Below, piece by piece: positions 26,320-37,107 of a DNA stretch of 64,000 bases. Position 1 is the stretch's first letter. Each line of letters opens with the position of its first letter. A program made the translations under genes and the position numbers. The notes below the pieces were generated by a model. That model was given only the letters and a program-made list of their open reading frames with translations. It was not told where the DNA came from and did no database searches. This stretch comes from Escherichia coli (GTDB lineage: Bacteria; Pseudomonadota; Gammaproteobacteria; Enterobacterales; Enterobacteriaceae), in the NCBI RefSeq assembly GCF_044647545.1, contig NZ_CP172818.1; one strand, 5' to 3'.

Positions 26320-27729
26320 TTATAACGTTACGGAAGCCGTTTTTTCTTCTGTCGCCATCTCTTTATTTTTGCGTTGGTTGATTTCCTCAATAATCAATGC
26401 AAACCGTTTTTCATTGAGTGTGTAAAAGAATCCCATCGTCAATGCAGCAATAATTGCCAGTGCACAAGGCCAGATAAAAATGAGCTGACGCAAACCCTGT
26501 AATGTCGCATCACTTTGCGCGATGTTGGGAACATAACCGATTTGCGTCAGCATAATGCCTGGCAAGAAGCCAGCAAGTGCGGCAGAAATTTTACGAAAGA
26601 AGGTATAACCGGTATAAACAGAACCTTCGGCACGAATACCGGTTTTCCATTCACCGTAATCTACGGTATCTGGCACCAGTGCCCAGTTCAGGCTGTTTAC
26701 AAAGGCCGTGCCAAAAAAGGCGACACAAGAGAACATGACGAAAGTGAAAGAGTTACTTCCCCAGAAATAATTCAGGATATCACCAACCGCCCATAGCACC
26801 ATGCCAGCTAAATAAACCTGTTTTTTACCAAAACATTTTACAGTTAATGGCACCAGTAATACGCCGACGAGGATACATCCCATACTGAAAAATCCCATCC
26901 ACGACAATAAATTAATATCATTCAGCACATACTGGGTGTAATAGACCTGAATCGCCAGTTTGATATTAAATGCCGCCAGGGTACACAGGTTAGCAATGCA
27001 CAAAACCAGCAATGGCGGATTACGAAATATCGCGCAAAAAGATTTGAGAATACTGGCTTTATGTCCGGTTGGCGTCGTGTCTACATAATGCTCTTTGACG
27101 CCTCTGTAGCACAGCATCATAAAAATAAAGCCACCAATGGAGAACATCAGTGCCGCGCAGGCATAACCGACGGTGGAGTCAGAAAAAAGCGACTGCAATG
27201 GAATAAATGCTACGGTACAAATCAATAGCCCTATGGTTGCGCCGCCCTGGCGGTAAGCCGCAAGCTGCGCGCGCTCATTCGGGTTTTTGGTAATTGCCGG
27301 GATCATCGCGCCATACGAGCAGTTCATCAGACTGTATGAAAGTCCAAACATCATAAACAGCGCGGTGGCAATCGTCGTTTTAACCGGCAAACTAAAAGTG
27401 GTGGCGATAAACTGGAGCGTTGCAATTAACGCCGCCGGAACCGCTGCATATAAAATAAAGGGACGAAATTTGCCTTTAGGCCCAATATTTTTCCGCGAGT
27501 CGAGTAAAAATCCGGTGAGCATATCGGTAAATGCGGTAAAAAACTTCGCCACCAGAAAGATAATCCCGCCATAGTAAGCAGGCATCCCTAATTCATCGGT
27601 ATAAAATTTGAGGAGATACAGAGTACCGATGCAGAGCATTAAATTCGAACCGACGTCGCCCATACCATAGGCGATTTTTTCCCGCAGATTCAGTCTTAAT
27701 GTCAGTGGATTATGGTCAGACATAATCAC
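26320..27729 (-). CDS. yihO: GPH-family sulfoquinovose importer YihO
   Basis: 469 aa ORF, sugar:cation symporter motifs (MGDVGSN, ~12 TM); first gene of the sulfoquinovose cluster by synteny. Confidence 0.85.
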   Translation of the reverse strand: MIMSDHNPLTLRLNLREKIAYGMGDVGSNLMLCIGTLYLLKFYTDELGMPAYYGGIIFLVAKFFTAFTDMLTGFLLDSRKNIGPKGKFRPFILYAAVPAALIATLQFIATTFSLPVKTTIATALFMMFGLSYSLMNCSYGAMIPAITKNPNERAQLAAYRQGGATIGLLICTVAFIPLQSLFSDSTVGYACAALMFSIGGFIFMMLCYRGVKEHYVDTTPTGHKASILKSFCAIFRNPPLLVLCIANLCTLAAFNIKLAIQVYYTQYVLNDINLLSWMGFFSMGCILVGVLLVPLTVKCFGKKQVYLAGMVLWAVGDILNYFWGSNSFTFVMFSCVAFFGTAFVNSLNWALVPDTVDYGEWKTGIRAEGSVYTGYTFFRKISAALAGFLPGIMLTQIGYVPNIAQSDATLQGLRQLIFIWPCALAIIAALTMGFFYTLNEKRFALIIEEINQRKNKEMATEEKTASVTL

Positions 27730-27765
27730 TCCTTATAACGCCCCGCAGGGCGTTGTTTATTATAA

Positions 27766-29187
27766 TTACGCCGTGCGTTTACGGGCTTCTATCTCTTCAA
27801 CAATGCGGACGTACATCTTCTCGTTCAGACTGTAGAAGCAACCCATTGCCACGATGGTGACTACTGCCAGTGCGCTTGGGTAGATGAAGATCAGTTGGCG
27901 CAACCCTTCGATAGTGTGGTCAGCCTGGGCGACGTTTGGCACATAGCCGATTTGCGTCAGCATCCAGCCTGGGAAGAAACCTGCCAGCGCCTGAGATACT
28001 TTGCGAAAGAAGGTGAAACCGGTGTAGACCGTACCTTCCGAACGCACACCGGTGCGCCACTCGCCGTACTCGACGGTGTCGGAAACCAGCGCCCAGTTCA
28101 GGCTGTTAACAAACGCTGAGCCGAAGAATGCCAGGCAGGAGAACGCCACGAAGCTGACCGAACCGCCGCCAAAGAAATAGTTGAGCAGATCGCCAAGCAC
28201 CCAAATCAGCAGGCCGCCGATATAGACCTTCTTCTTACCAAAACGTCTGACTGCGCCGGGCATCAGGAACACGCCGATGAAAATACAGCCCATGCTGAAA
28301 AATCCCATATATGACAACAGGATGGGATCGTTGAGCACGTACTGGGTGTAATAGACCTGAATGGCGAGCTTGACGTTAAACGCCCCTAAAGTGCAGAGGT
28401 TGGCAATACACAGAATGAACAGTGGGCGGTTACCAGCAATCGCGCGGAAAGACTGCAACAAGCCAGGCTTTTTTTGCGCCGGATTGGTAGGTTGGGTTTC
28501 GACATAACGCTCTTTCACGCCCGAGTAGCAGATCCACATAAACAGCAGGCCGAACAGTGAAAACAGCGTGGCGGCGAAGATATAGCCAAGTTGCTGATTA
28601 CCTTCGATAAGATTCATAACCGGCACGAATCCCACCGTACACAGCAGCAGGCCTAATGTAGCGCCACCCTGACGCCATGCTGCCAGCGATGCACGTTCGT
28701 TGGGGTTTTTAGTAATAGCGGGGACCATCGCGCCATACGAGCAGTTCATCATGCTGAAAAACAGTCCGTAAAGCATAAACAGGATGGTGGCCATCACCGT
28801 TTTACCGGTGACATCGAACGGCGTACCGATAAAGTTGGCGATCGCCAGCAGGGTGACCGGGAATGACGCATACAGAATAAAAGGACGGAACTTGCCTTTT
28901 GGGCCGATCTTGCGTCGGGAATCCAGCATGATGCCTGTTCCCATATCGGTAAACGCAGTAAAGAATTTTGAAATCAAAAAGATAATGCCGCCATAGGTGC
29001 CAGGCAGCCCCAGAACGTCGGTATAAAACTTCAAAAGATAAAGCGTACCAATATCCAGCAGGATGTTAGAGGCCAGGTCGCCAATACCGTAAGAGAGTTT
29101 CTCTTTAAAGGGCAGGCGTAAAGTTGCTGGATCTTCCGTTGTGATGTGACTCATCGTTGTTCTCCCTTTGCCCGTGAGTTTCCCCAC
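27766..29187 (-). CDS. yihP: GPH-family transporter YihP (paralog of YihO)
   Basis: 473 aa ORF; strongly similar to the YihO ORF in this window (e.g. LYLLKFYTD, GGATxGLL, FNxKLAIQVYYTQYVLND). Confidence 0.85.
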   Translation of the reverse strand: MGKLTGKGRTTMSHITTEDPATLRLPFKEKLSYGIGDLASNILLDIGTLYLLKFYTDVLGLPGTYGGIIFLISKFFTAFTDMGTGIMLDSRRKIGPKGKFRPFILYASFPVTLLAIANFIGTPFDVTGKTVMATILFMLYGLFFSMMNCSYGAMVPAITKNPNERASLAAWRQGGATLGLLLCTVGFVPVMNLIEGNQQLGYIFAATLFSLFGLLFMWICYSGVKERYVETQPTNPAQKKPGLLQSFRAIAGNRPLFILCIANLCTLGAFNVKLAIQVYYTQYVLNDPILLSYMGFFSMGCIFIGVFLMPGAVRRFGKKKVYIGGLLIWVLGDLLNYFFGGGSVSFVAFSCLAFFGSAFVNSLNWALVSDTVEYGEWRTGVRSEGTVYTGFTFFRKVSQALAGFFPGWMLTQIGYVPNVAQADHTIEGLRQLIFIYPSALAVVTIVAMGCFYSLNEKMYVRIVEEIEARKRTA

Positions 29188-29199
29188 GGGCGGATGTGA

Positions 29200-31236
29200 T
29201 TAGATGCTTTTTAACGACGCGAACAGTGCCGCCCATTCGCTATCGGCGCGATAAAAGACCGGCGGTTTACCGATGGGCGCATTAACGGTAACTTCCCCGC
29301 CCCGGAACGCTTCACCCGTCCAGGCATGGACCCAGTTATCCTCCGGCAGATAGAGCGTCCAGTCGCTACGGCCTTCTTCATGCACCGGAGCGACCAGAAT
29401 GTCGCGGCCTAACAGGTACTGATATTTCAGGGTGTAGGTCTGCGCGTCGTCTTCGTAATGCAGGAACAGCGGGCGCATAACCGGCAGGCCGGACTTCGCA
29501 TTCAGCGCGACGGCCTCTTTCAGGTAAGGTTTCAGGGTGGTGAAGACGGTGGTCATACGGGCAAAATGGGCGATGGTTTCCGCGTCGCCGTCAAACTGCC
29601 AGTTGTCGCCAGGACGGTTACCTTCGTGGGTGCGCATCATCGGCGTGAAGGCGCTGAAATCGCACCAGCGCAGCAGCAGCTCTTTGCTGCGCTTCATCTC
29701 AAACAGGGTGGTGTAACCGCCAATATCGCTGTGATGCAGGCCATGTCCGGTCATTGCCAGCGACAGCGCCGCCGGGACAACCGACGCCAGGCCATCGTCG
29801 AGACTCCAGTCGACGTTCTGGTCGCCCGCCCACATCATGGTGGAGTATTTCTGGCTACCGGTAGAACCGGCGCGCATAAAGAAAAGGATCTCGCCAAGCT
29901 TGCCCGTTTCTTCAAGGGCTTCGTAGTTACATTTCGCCCACAGTGCGGGCCAGGCGTTATGCATAATTTCCGCGCTGACGCCGTTATGCAGGTAAGTGTC
30001 GGTGGGCAGATACTCGCCGAAGTCAGCCATCCAGCCGCCGCAGCCGAGTTCAATCATGTTCTTTTTGATCACTTCCTTGAACCAGGCGTAGGCTTCTGGA
30101 TTGGTGAGATCGACAACGCCGCCATAGAACTCGCCAAACTCCACCAGATAGTCGCCGCCAGAGGCATCTTTTGCCAGATAGCCGTGTGAAGCCGCCTCGG
30201 CGCAGAGGTCCTTATCGCTGGCAACATACGGGTTGATGTAGGCGAGGAACTGCACGCCTTCTTTGTTCCACTGTTTAATACGCGAATCCAGTTGCGGATA
30301 GTTTTCGCTGTTCCACTTCCAGTTCCACATCACACGTTTACCAAACGAGGTCATACGGATCCCGGACCAGTCCTGCGCCCAGATGCCGTTGACCTTCACG
30401 CCCGCGTTACGCATGGTGTCCAGTTTCTTCTGGCACACCTCAGTGCCGCCCTGAATGCCGAGCGTTACCCCGTCATAAATCCAGTCGGGCAGTTCTGGCT
30501 GGCGTCCCAGCAGGGCAGTTAATTTTTCCAGCAGGGAGATGTATGTATCAGCACATTCAAAACGCAGCGTTGCTTTGTCTTCCCACAGCGCCAGTTCATG
30601 GTATTCCGGGGCGCTAAAGTCGAAGTTCATGTAGCAACTGTTATCAACATGGCAGTAATACTTCTGCGTGCTGACAAACGTAGGCTGTGGGAAGAAAGTC
30701 CAGTAATAGTCGCCGCCCGCGTTCTCTTTGCAGTCGGCCTGCCAGGTGACATAGGTTTGCTTGTTGCGACCAACGCCTTGTTCACTGGTCCATAGCGGGA
30801 ACGGTTTGCCGCGCAGATCAAAGTAGGAGAATTGTTCACCGCAGCCGTAGATATGGTCCTCTGGTTGAGCGGCAAGGCGCAGCCAGATACGGTTGTGGTT
30901 AAGGTTGTCGTTTTGTAGTTCCAGCAATAAACGGCCCTGTTCGTCGGCAGAGATACGCAGCGTGGCGCTAATGTCAGAACCACGGCTGAAATGGATTAAC
31001 CAACCATCCGGTGACTGGCTGACGATGGCGTCGGTAAGCGCAATTTTCTCCTGTAGTTTATCTTTAATGCTGAAATTGCCGCGGAACATATCGATATCCG
31101 CAATACCTGAACCAATCCATAAACAAGGATTATCTTTGCTATGGGTTAAAATAAGACGCTGTTGAAAATGTAGGGTAAAACTGTCGTTATTCTGATGAAA
31201 CTGAAAATCTGGTAATTGTGGGCGTGGCGTATCCAT
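29200..31236 (-). CDS. yihQ: Sulfoquinovosidase (GH31 alpha-glucosidase family) YihQ
   Basis: 678 aa ORF with GH31-type catalytic region (GIWAQDWSG, WMADFGE). Confidence 0.9.
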   Translation of the reverse strand: MDTPRPQLPDFQFHQNNDSFTLHFQQRLILTHSKDNPCLWIGSGIADIDMFRGNFSIKDKLQEKIALTDAIVSQSPDGWLIHFSRGSDISATLRISADEQGRLLLELQNDNLNHNRIWLRLAAQPEDHIYGCGEQFSYFDLRGKPFPLWTSEQGVGRNKQTYVTWQADCKENAGGDYYWTFFPQPTFVSTQKYYCHVDNSCYMNFDFSAPEYHELALWEDKATLRFECADTYISLLEKLTALLGRQPELPDWIYDGVTLGIQGGTEVCQKKLDTMRNAGVKVNGIWAQDWSGIRMTSFGKRVMWNWKWNSENYPQLDSRIKQWNKEGVQFLAYINPYVASDKDLCAEAASHGYLAKDASGGDYLVEFGEFYGGVVDLTNPEAYAWFKEVIKKNMIELGCGGWMADFGEYLPTDTYLHNGVSAEIMHNAWPALWAKCNYEALEETGKLGEILFFMRAGSTGSQKYSTMMWAGDQNVDWSLDDGLASVVPAALSLAMTGHGLHHSDIGGYTTLFEMKRSKELLLRWCDFSAFTPMMRTHEGNRPGDNWQFDGDAETIAHFARMTTVFTTLKPYLKEAVALNAKSGLPVMRPLFLHYEDDAQTYTLKYQYLLGRDILVAPVHEEGRSDWTLYLPEDNWVHAWTGEAFRGGEVTVNAPIGKPPVFYRADSEWAALFASLKSI

Positions 31237-31554
31237 AAATAATCTCCATAGAGTATAAAGCTAATATTTCATGCCATCCTGTTGTTACAGGTTTCATTAA
31301 TTAAAGATTGTGTGCTATAAATAAAACCCCATAAGTGATATATAAAAACTTTTTCAGCCCGGCGGATTGCCGCCATTTTTAACCAAAAATGCCAGTTACA
31401 ATAATAACTAACAATAAACGGAGCAGAATCCAGCCGGGAATTCCCATCCCTTTTATCAACATAGAACCGGAGGCAATCAGCAACAAAAAGACCATCACAC
31501 GGAACACTTTGACTGAAAGCGTTTATGCACATATCTCCAACAAGCGAACCGAGA

Positions 31555-31945
31555 ATCAGGAAAACAAAAAACACCAGTTAAAAAAAGAAACATCAAAATC
31601 CCCCCCCCCCGCCCCCCCCGCCCCCCTTTTTGGGGAAAAAAAGGGTCCGAGGCCCCGAATCCCCCGGGCCCAATTCCAGCATACCTACACCCCCGCCCCG
31701 CCCCCCGCCCCGCTCGCCGCTACTCGCCGATACGCCGCGACCATAACGTCAAAACGACAGACAAGAAATAAACATAAAAAAAAAAAAAAAGAAAAGGATC
31801 CCCCTACCCATTAAAAACGTACATACAAACACACAAACAAACAACAAAAAAAAAAATAACGCCCCCCCAACACAAAAAAAAAAACCCCAACAAAAAGAAA
31901 AAAAAAAAAAAAAAAAAAAAAAACACCCCCCAAAAAAAAAAAAAA
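31555..31945. other. Anomalous low-complexity tract (A+C only; homopolymer runs of C and A up to ~26 nt)
   Basis: Directly visible: CCCCCCCCCCCGCCCCCCCCGCCCCCC, AAAAAAAAAAAAAAAAAAAAAAAAAA and similar; G nearly absent for ~250 bp; no plausible coding frame. Confidence 0.9.
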
Positions 31946-32008
31946 CATAATATTTCCTGTTGTGTAAATACAACCCTAAACAATGATCTCGTTCTTTTCT
32001 TAATAAAA

Positions 32009-32920
32009 TTAATTGTGCTGCCCGTGAATATTAAAAAACAGGCGGTGCGTTTTTCCTGGTTCCAGTAATAATAAGTCGATACCTGAATTAAAGGCGTTAG
32101 GCGGGCAACTCATAGGTTCAACTGCCAGTCCCTGACGCTGTAATTTTTCTCCGCTATAAACCTGCACCCAGGGTTGATCGGAACAGAGGCTCACCGAAAG
32201 CGCCTGTTGTGGATGGGTAATGGTTATTTCCCACAGATCATTAGCGGTTTTAAAGGTATGGTCTATTTTTGTCGCGGCTATTTTTGTCGCCCGCGTGAAA
32301 TTTAAATTCAGCTCATCAACGTGGTGAAGCGTTGTCGGATTTGCGTGCTCATCGACGGCATAAACCTGTTCTGCCGGAAGCTGGAAAAGATAGTCATCAA
32401 CAGATGTTAAGTTGCAGGTTAAATAAGGATGAATACCCACACCATAAGGTGCGGTCACAGTACCAATATTCTGGCTTGCGATCTCAACGGAAAGGCCCGT
32501 GCGAGCGTTGAGCGAATAAACAACCTGCGAAGCCAGCATAAACGGATAGCCGTAACTGGGCGGCAGAAAAGCTGTCAGGGTAACGCTGGTGGCGGTTAAT
32601 TCGCTAATTTGCCAGTCACGCCAGGCAAGCAGCCCGTGAATAGCGGCTTTTGAACCATGTTCATTAATGGGTAACTGATATTCCTGCCCCTGATAGCGAT
32701 AACAGCCGTTGGCGATCCGGTTCGGCCACGGAATAAGCACTTTACCCAGATGCGCCAGCGGCATCTCTTCGGGTTTGTGCGGGATGACTAAATGACAACC
32801 CTGAAAGGTTAATTCAGCCAGACCAGCACCAACCGTCACGATAGTCGCGTGATAATCCCCCGCGGCAAGTGAAACGGTTTGTCCACTGCAATGCATGTTG
32901 GTGATTTGCATACGAGGCAC
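32009..32920 (-). CDS. yihR: Aldose 1-epimerase family protein (sulfoquinovose mutarotase) YihR
   Basis: 303 aa ORF; synteny between yihQ and yihS. Confidence 0.85.
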   Translation of the reverse strand: MPRMQITNMHCSGQTVSLAAGDYHATIVTVGAGLAELTFQGCHLVIPHKPEEMPLAHLGKVLIPWPNRIANGCYRYQGQEYQLPINEHGSKAAIHGLLAWRDWQISELTATSVTLTAFLPPSYGYPFMLASQVVYSLNARTGLSVEIASQNIGTVTAPYGVGIHPYLTCNLTSVDDYLFQLPAEQVYAVDEHANPTTLHHVDELNLNFTRATKIAATKIDHTFKTANDLWEITITHPQQALSVSLCSDQPWVQVYSGEKLQRQGLAVEPMSCPPNAFNSGIDLLLLEPGKTHRLFFNIHGQHN

Positions 32921-32978
32921 CTTTATTGAATAACGACATACCCGGCATGTAGCCTGATATGCCGTTATTTCAGCTCAG

Positions 32979-34220
32979 TTATTTCGCATTCACGTCCAGC
33001 AGACCCGCCGCAACTGCCGGAGCCAGGCCTGGCGCTAACGGGATACGCGGGATCACCAGGCAATGCAGCAGGTGATAAATATCCTGTTTGCCGTCCCAGA
33101 CTTTGGTGGTGACCTTATTGTCCGCATCCAGCTCCTGCCACCAGGAACCATTTTCATAGTCCATCAGGTACTTAATGCAGTACTCCCACCATGTCTGATA
33201 CCAGGTTTCGTACTGGCGATCGCCGGTGACGGTGTAGAGCGCGTAAGCCGTACCCATCGCCTCGACGATAGGCCAACGCACACGTTCGCGAACGACCGGT
33301 TTTCCTTCCCAGTCAACGGTATAAACAATCCCGTCCGCACCATCGGGCGCCCAGGCATCGCGCACGGTGGCGTTGAACAGACCTTTGGCATCTTCTAACA
33401 GCCAGGCTGGCGGCTGTTCGCCGCGGGCTTCCAGGGCGGCATGGATGTGCAGCATTAAACGACCCCACTCGATCCAGTGGCCTGGCGTGCCTCCGAATGC
33501 GCGGAAGCGGTGCGCCGGGTTATCTTTGTTGTAATCCGGCAGCGGATTCCACTGGGTATCGAAGTGCTCGTTAACGCGATAATGATTATTTCTGGCGACG
33601 TCGTGGATAATGACGGAAGCCACGCGAATCGCGCGATCCAGCCATTTTTTGTCATGGGTGACGTCATAGACAATCAGGAAGGCTTCCACCGCGTGCATAT
33701 TGGCATTGCCGCCGCGATACTCTTCGGTTTTGCTGAAGGCTTCATCCCAGGACTCCAGGCACATCTGCTCTTCTTCGCTCCAGAAGTATTTCTCGATAAT
33801 TTCAATGGTGTAATCGAGCAGCTTGCGCGCTTCCGGGTGACCCGTTGTGACGGCACTGGCGGCACCCAGCAGGGCAAAGAAATGTTGATAGCCCTGTTTG
33901 GAGGCATCCACCACGCCCTCGTCATTCACACAGGCATACCAGCCGCCATATTTTTTATCGCGCAGTGCGCCATTCATGGCTTTGATACCGTGATCAACCA
34001 ACGAGTAAGCGCCAGGGCGGCCCATCGCCGCAGCAACGGAATAAACGTGCAGCATACGGGCGGTGATCCACAGATGCGTGCCCATCTCTTCTTTGATTTG
34101 CCCTTTATTGCCCAGCCAGCCAAAGCCAGTCGGCACCACGGCATTCTTACCAAAATCAAAGATGCGATCGGTTTCCTGTTCCAGCCAGCGGTTGTGACTT
34201 AAGGTGTTAAACCATTTCAT
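32979..34220 (-). CDS. yihS: Sulfoquinovose isomerase YihS (N-acyl-glucosamine 2-epimerase fold)
   Basis: 413 aa ORF, length and synteny match. Confidence 0.88.
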   Translation of the reverse strand: MKWFNTLSHNRWLEQETDRIFDFGKNAVVPTGFGWLGNKGQIKEEMGTHLWITARMLHVYSVAAAMGRPGAYSLVDHGIKAMNGALRDKKYGGWYACVNDEGVVDASKQGYQHFFALLGAASAVTTGHPEARKLLDYTIEIIEKYFWSEEEQMCLESWDEAFSKTEEYRGGNANMHAVEAFLIVYDVTHDKKWLDRAIRVASVIIHDVARNNHYRVNEHFDTQWNPLPDYNKDNPAHRFRAFGGTPGHWIEWGRLMLHIHAALEARGEQPPAWLLEDAKGLFNATVRDAWAPDGADGIVYTVDWEGKPVVRERVRWPIVEAMGTAYALYTVTGDRQYETWYQTWWEYCIKYLMDYENGSWWQELDADNKVTTKVWDGKQDIYHLLHCLVIPRIPLAPGLAPAVAAGLLDVNAK

Positions 34221-34235
34221 TTTTGTATCCCCATC

Positions 34236-35114
34236 TTAACGGCGTTTAGCCATCATTTCGTCGACGATATCGCCAAGTTGTTGTAATTTCGGTGCGCAAA
34301 CGTCACGCAGCATCAGCTCGTTGTCTGGTAAACCGACAACCGATGCCCAGACGGCACGACCAGCCAGGAAGCCCGATGCACCCGCTGTCATTGCCACGCG
34401 TACGGCACGCGGGAACAGTTTTTCGTCGACACCGGAAGAAAGTATCACCCACGGCATATTGATATGGTCATTCAGACGTTGTGAAGCACTGAGAAGCTCT
34501 TGTTGCGGACCTTTACCGTAAAGCGGCATTTCAACTTTGTAGAGGTCAGCGCCACTGTCGCCCAGCTCTTTGGCAGCATCGATGATCGCTTGTTCGCGAT
34601 CGAATTTATCGCCACGACGTGGTGGGCGGACGACTGGCTCAATAATGCTTACCAGGCCGTGTGAGTGGCACAGTTCGTTAAACTCTTTCACCATATCCAG
34701 ACGTTGCTGCGCATCTTCATCACTACGCCACAGCACCAGCAGTTTTAAGGCTTTGCCACCGTCTTGTTTGATTTGTAGCGGATTGATTTTGCGGTCAATG
34801 ACCACGCTATCTACCGGAATACCGTTGCCAGGAATGAACTCATCGGCGGCGACAATCATGGCGCAACTTTTGGCAATCGCGTTTTGCTCAACCACCTGGC
34901 GGTAACAGAATTGTTGATCTACCAGAATCGCCGAGGCATAAGGCGAGAGGGTCTTCGCCGCGTTAACTTTGAAATCAGTTAAAACGCTATCGGCTACCGG
35001 AGCGGGTGCGCCAGCCGCGGCAAACATCATGCGCATGGCTTCGCGCTGATCGACCGCCAGCATGGCAAAACCGCCCGATGCGCGCGTAATGTCGTTGATG
35101 GTGTACTTATTCAT
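34236..35114 (-). CDS. yihT: 6-deoxy-6-sulfofructose-1-phosphate aldolase YihT
   Basis: 292 aa ORF, class I aldolase-like; synteny. Confidence 0.88.
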   Translation of the reverse strand: MNKYTINDITRASGGFAMLAVDQREAMRMMFAAAGAPAPVADSVLTDFKVNAAKTLSPYASAILVDQQFCYRQVVEQNAIAKSCAMIVAADEFIPGNGIPVDSVVIDRKINPLQIKQDGGKALKLLVLWRSDEDAQQRLDMVKEFNELCHSHGLVSIIEPVVRPPRRGDKFDREQAIIDAAKELGDSGADLYKVEMPLYGKGPQQELLSASQRLNDHINMPWVILSSGVDEKLFPRAVRVAMTAGASGFLAGRAVWASVVGLPDNELMLRDVCAPKLQQLGDIVDEMMAKRR

Positions 35115-35137
35115 TCATTTATTCCTTTATCCAGTCG

Positions 35138-36034
35138 TTACATTTTTACTTTGGCAGTCATCCCGGCACTGACACGGACCTGTTCCAGAATGGCGGACCA
35201 GTCCTGGCGACCGCGACCCGCTGCGCGCGCCTGGCTATAAACCTCCCGTGAGGCGGCCCCCAGCGGCATTGGCACATGCAGCTGGTTGGCGACATCAAGG
35301 GCGATACCAAGATCCTTATGGGCAAGATCGATCATGAAGGCGGGAGAAAGATCCCCGCTGAGGACTTTGTTTGGCCAGGAAGTGGTGAAGTGGCCTTTAC
35401 CGGCGGCGGTACCGCTCATCACCTTGACGGCAACATCGAAGGGAAGATTCAGGGCTTCGCACAAAACGGCGGCTTCTGCCGAAAGCGCATTGAGCGCGAT
35501 GCTCATGTAGTTGTTGATGAGCTTAACGCGGATCCCCATGCCCGGACCGCCCGCGTTGATCAACTCACTGCCCATCGCCATCAGGATCGGTGTGGCGCGT
35601 TCAACTTGTTCAGCGGTGCCGCCAGCCAGCAGTAACAGAGTACCGGTAATGGCATTTGCAGAAGTACGGCCTACCGGAACATCCATCATGCTGAAGCCTC
35701 TGGCCTGCATATCAGCAATCAATTTATCGGTTTGCAGTGGGTGGATGGTCGACATATCAATGACCAGCGCATCGGAAGATAAGCTCTCACAGACACCGTT
35801 TTCACCGAACAACACGTGACGCACCAGATCGCCATTCGGCAACATGGTAATGATAAATTCGGCACCTTTAGCGGCCTGCGCCGGGTTGGCGGCGGGAGTC
35901 GCACCTTTGTCTACCAGATGCCGCACAGCTTCGGCGTTCACATCAAAGACGCGAAGTTGATGCCCTTGCTGCAATAAATTGCTCGCCATTGGCGAACCCA
36001 TTTGCCCTAAACCGATAAACGCGATTGCTGCCAT
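35138..36034 (-). CDS. yihU: 3-sulfolactaldehyde reductase YihU (NAD-binding beta-hydroxyacid dehydrogenase family)
   Basis: 298 aa ORF, N-terminal Rossmann motif [10 protein letters not shown]. Confidence 0.9.
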   Translation of the reverse strand: MAAIAFIGLGQMGSPMASNLLQQGHQLRVFDVNAEAVRHLVDKGATPAANPAQAAKGAEFIITMLPNGDLVRHVLFGENGVCESLSSDALVIDMSTIHPLQTDKLIADMQARGFSMMDVPVGRTSANAITGTLLLLAGGTAEQVERATPILMAMGSELINAGGPGMGIRVKLINNYMSIALNALSAEAAVLCEALNLPFDVAVKVMSGTAAGKGHFTTSWPNKVLSGDLSPAFMIDLAHKDLGIALDVANQLHVPMPLGAASREVYSQARAAGRGRQDWSAILEQVRVSAGMTAKVKM

Positions 36035-36195
36035 AACCCTCTCCTGAATACAGTAATGTCACTTTTTGTCATTTATGACATGCCTTGCTTGTCTGTTTTT
36101 GATCGTATTTGTAATTTATCGTCAAAAAATTGACAGCCGTCACTTTTTAAACAATTGGTGAAATTAAAATGAACGCATCCCAAAATGCTTAAGGA
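36035..36195. promoter_or_regulatory. Divergent yihU/yihV promoter region with repeated TGTCA/TGACA half-sites (candidate CsqR operator)
   Basis: TGTCACTTTTTGTCATTTATGACATG (36056-36081) and TTGACAGCCGTCACTTTTT (36130-36148) contain direct and inverted TGTCA repeats. Confidence 0.5.
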
Positions 36196-37098
36196 ATGAC
36201 CATGATTCGTGTTGCTTGTGTAGGAATTACCGTGATGGATCGCATCTATTACGTGGAAGGATTGCCGACGGAGAGCGGTAAATACGTGGCGAAAAATTAT
36301 ACGGAAGTTGGCGGCGGGCCAGCGGCTACAGCAGCAGTTGCGGCGGCCAGACTAGGTGCGCAGGTCGATTTTATTGGTCGCGTCGGTGACGACGACACAG
36401 GCAACAGCCTGCTGGCAGAGCTGGAATCCTGGGGCGTTAACACCCGTTATACCAAACGGTATAACGAGGCGAAATCTTCGCAATCCGCCATCATGGTGGA
36501 TACCAAAGGCGAGCGGATAATCATTAACTACCCCAGCCCGGACTTGCTGCCTGACGCAGAGTGGTTGGAGGAAATTGATTTCTCTCAGTGGGATGTTGTG
36601 CTGGCGGATGTACGCTGGCACGAAGGTGCTAAAAAAGCCTTCACCCTGGCCCGGCAGGCGGGCGTGATGACTGTTTTGGACGGGGACATTACGCCGCAGG
36701 ATATCAGTGAGCTGGTGGCATTAAGCGATCATGCGGCCTTTTCAGAACCGGGTCTGGCGCGCTTAACGGGGGTGAAAGAGATGGCCAGTGCGCTAAAACA
36801 GGCACAAACGCTCACAAATGGTCATGTCTATGTGACCCAGGGCAGTGCAGGCTGTGACTGGCTGGAGAATGGCGGGCGACAGCATCAACCGGCCTTCAAA
36901 GTTGATGTGGTAGATACCACAGGAGCGGGTGATGTTTTTCACGGCGCATTGGCGGTGGCGCTGGCAACAGGTGGGGATTTAGCGGAGTCAGTCCGCTTCG
37001 CCAGCGGAGTAGCGGCGTTGAAATGCACGCGTCCCGGTGGACGAGCCGGGATCCCTGACTGTGATCAAACCCGATCTTTTTTGTCACTTTTTGTATAA
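36196..37098 (+). CDS. yihV: 6-deoxy-6-sulfofructose kinase YihV (PfkB/ribokinase family)
   Basis: 300 aa ORF; GG motif near N-terminus, C-terminal DTTGAGD motif. Confidence 0.9.
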   Translation: MTMIRVACVGITVMDRIYYVEGLPTESGKYVAKNYTEVGGGPAATAAVAAARLGAQVDFIGRVGDDDTGNSLLAELESWGVNTRYTKRYNEAKSSQSAIMVDTKGERIIINYPSPDLLPDAEWLEEIDFSQWDVVLADVRWHEGAKKAFTLARQAGVMTVLDGDITPQDISELVALSDHAAFSEPGLARLTGVKEMASALKQAQTLTNGHVYVTQGSAGCDWLENGGRQHQPAFKVDVVDTTGAGDVFHGALAVALATGGDLAESVRFASGVAALKCTRPGGRAGIPDCDQTRSFLSLFV

Positions 37099-37107
37099 AA
37101 TGCCAGG

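Noticed and set aside
31438-31801. Restriction sites in and near the A+C tract (GAATTC ~31438, CCCGGG/GGGCCC ~31663-31671, GGATCC ~31796) as a sign of a cloning cassette
   Set aside because: In C/G homopolymer-rich sequence such palindromic hexamers arise readily by chance; no vector backbone, marker gene or other engineered element is present.
31269-31973. ORFs 31269..31574 (minus), 31389..31814 (plus) and 31749..31973 (minus) between yihQ and yihR
   Set aside because: They overlap or lie inside the A+C homopolymer tract; products are poly-Pro/Lys or poly-Phe low complexity with no recognisable fold or motif.
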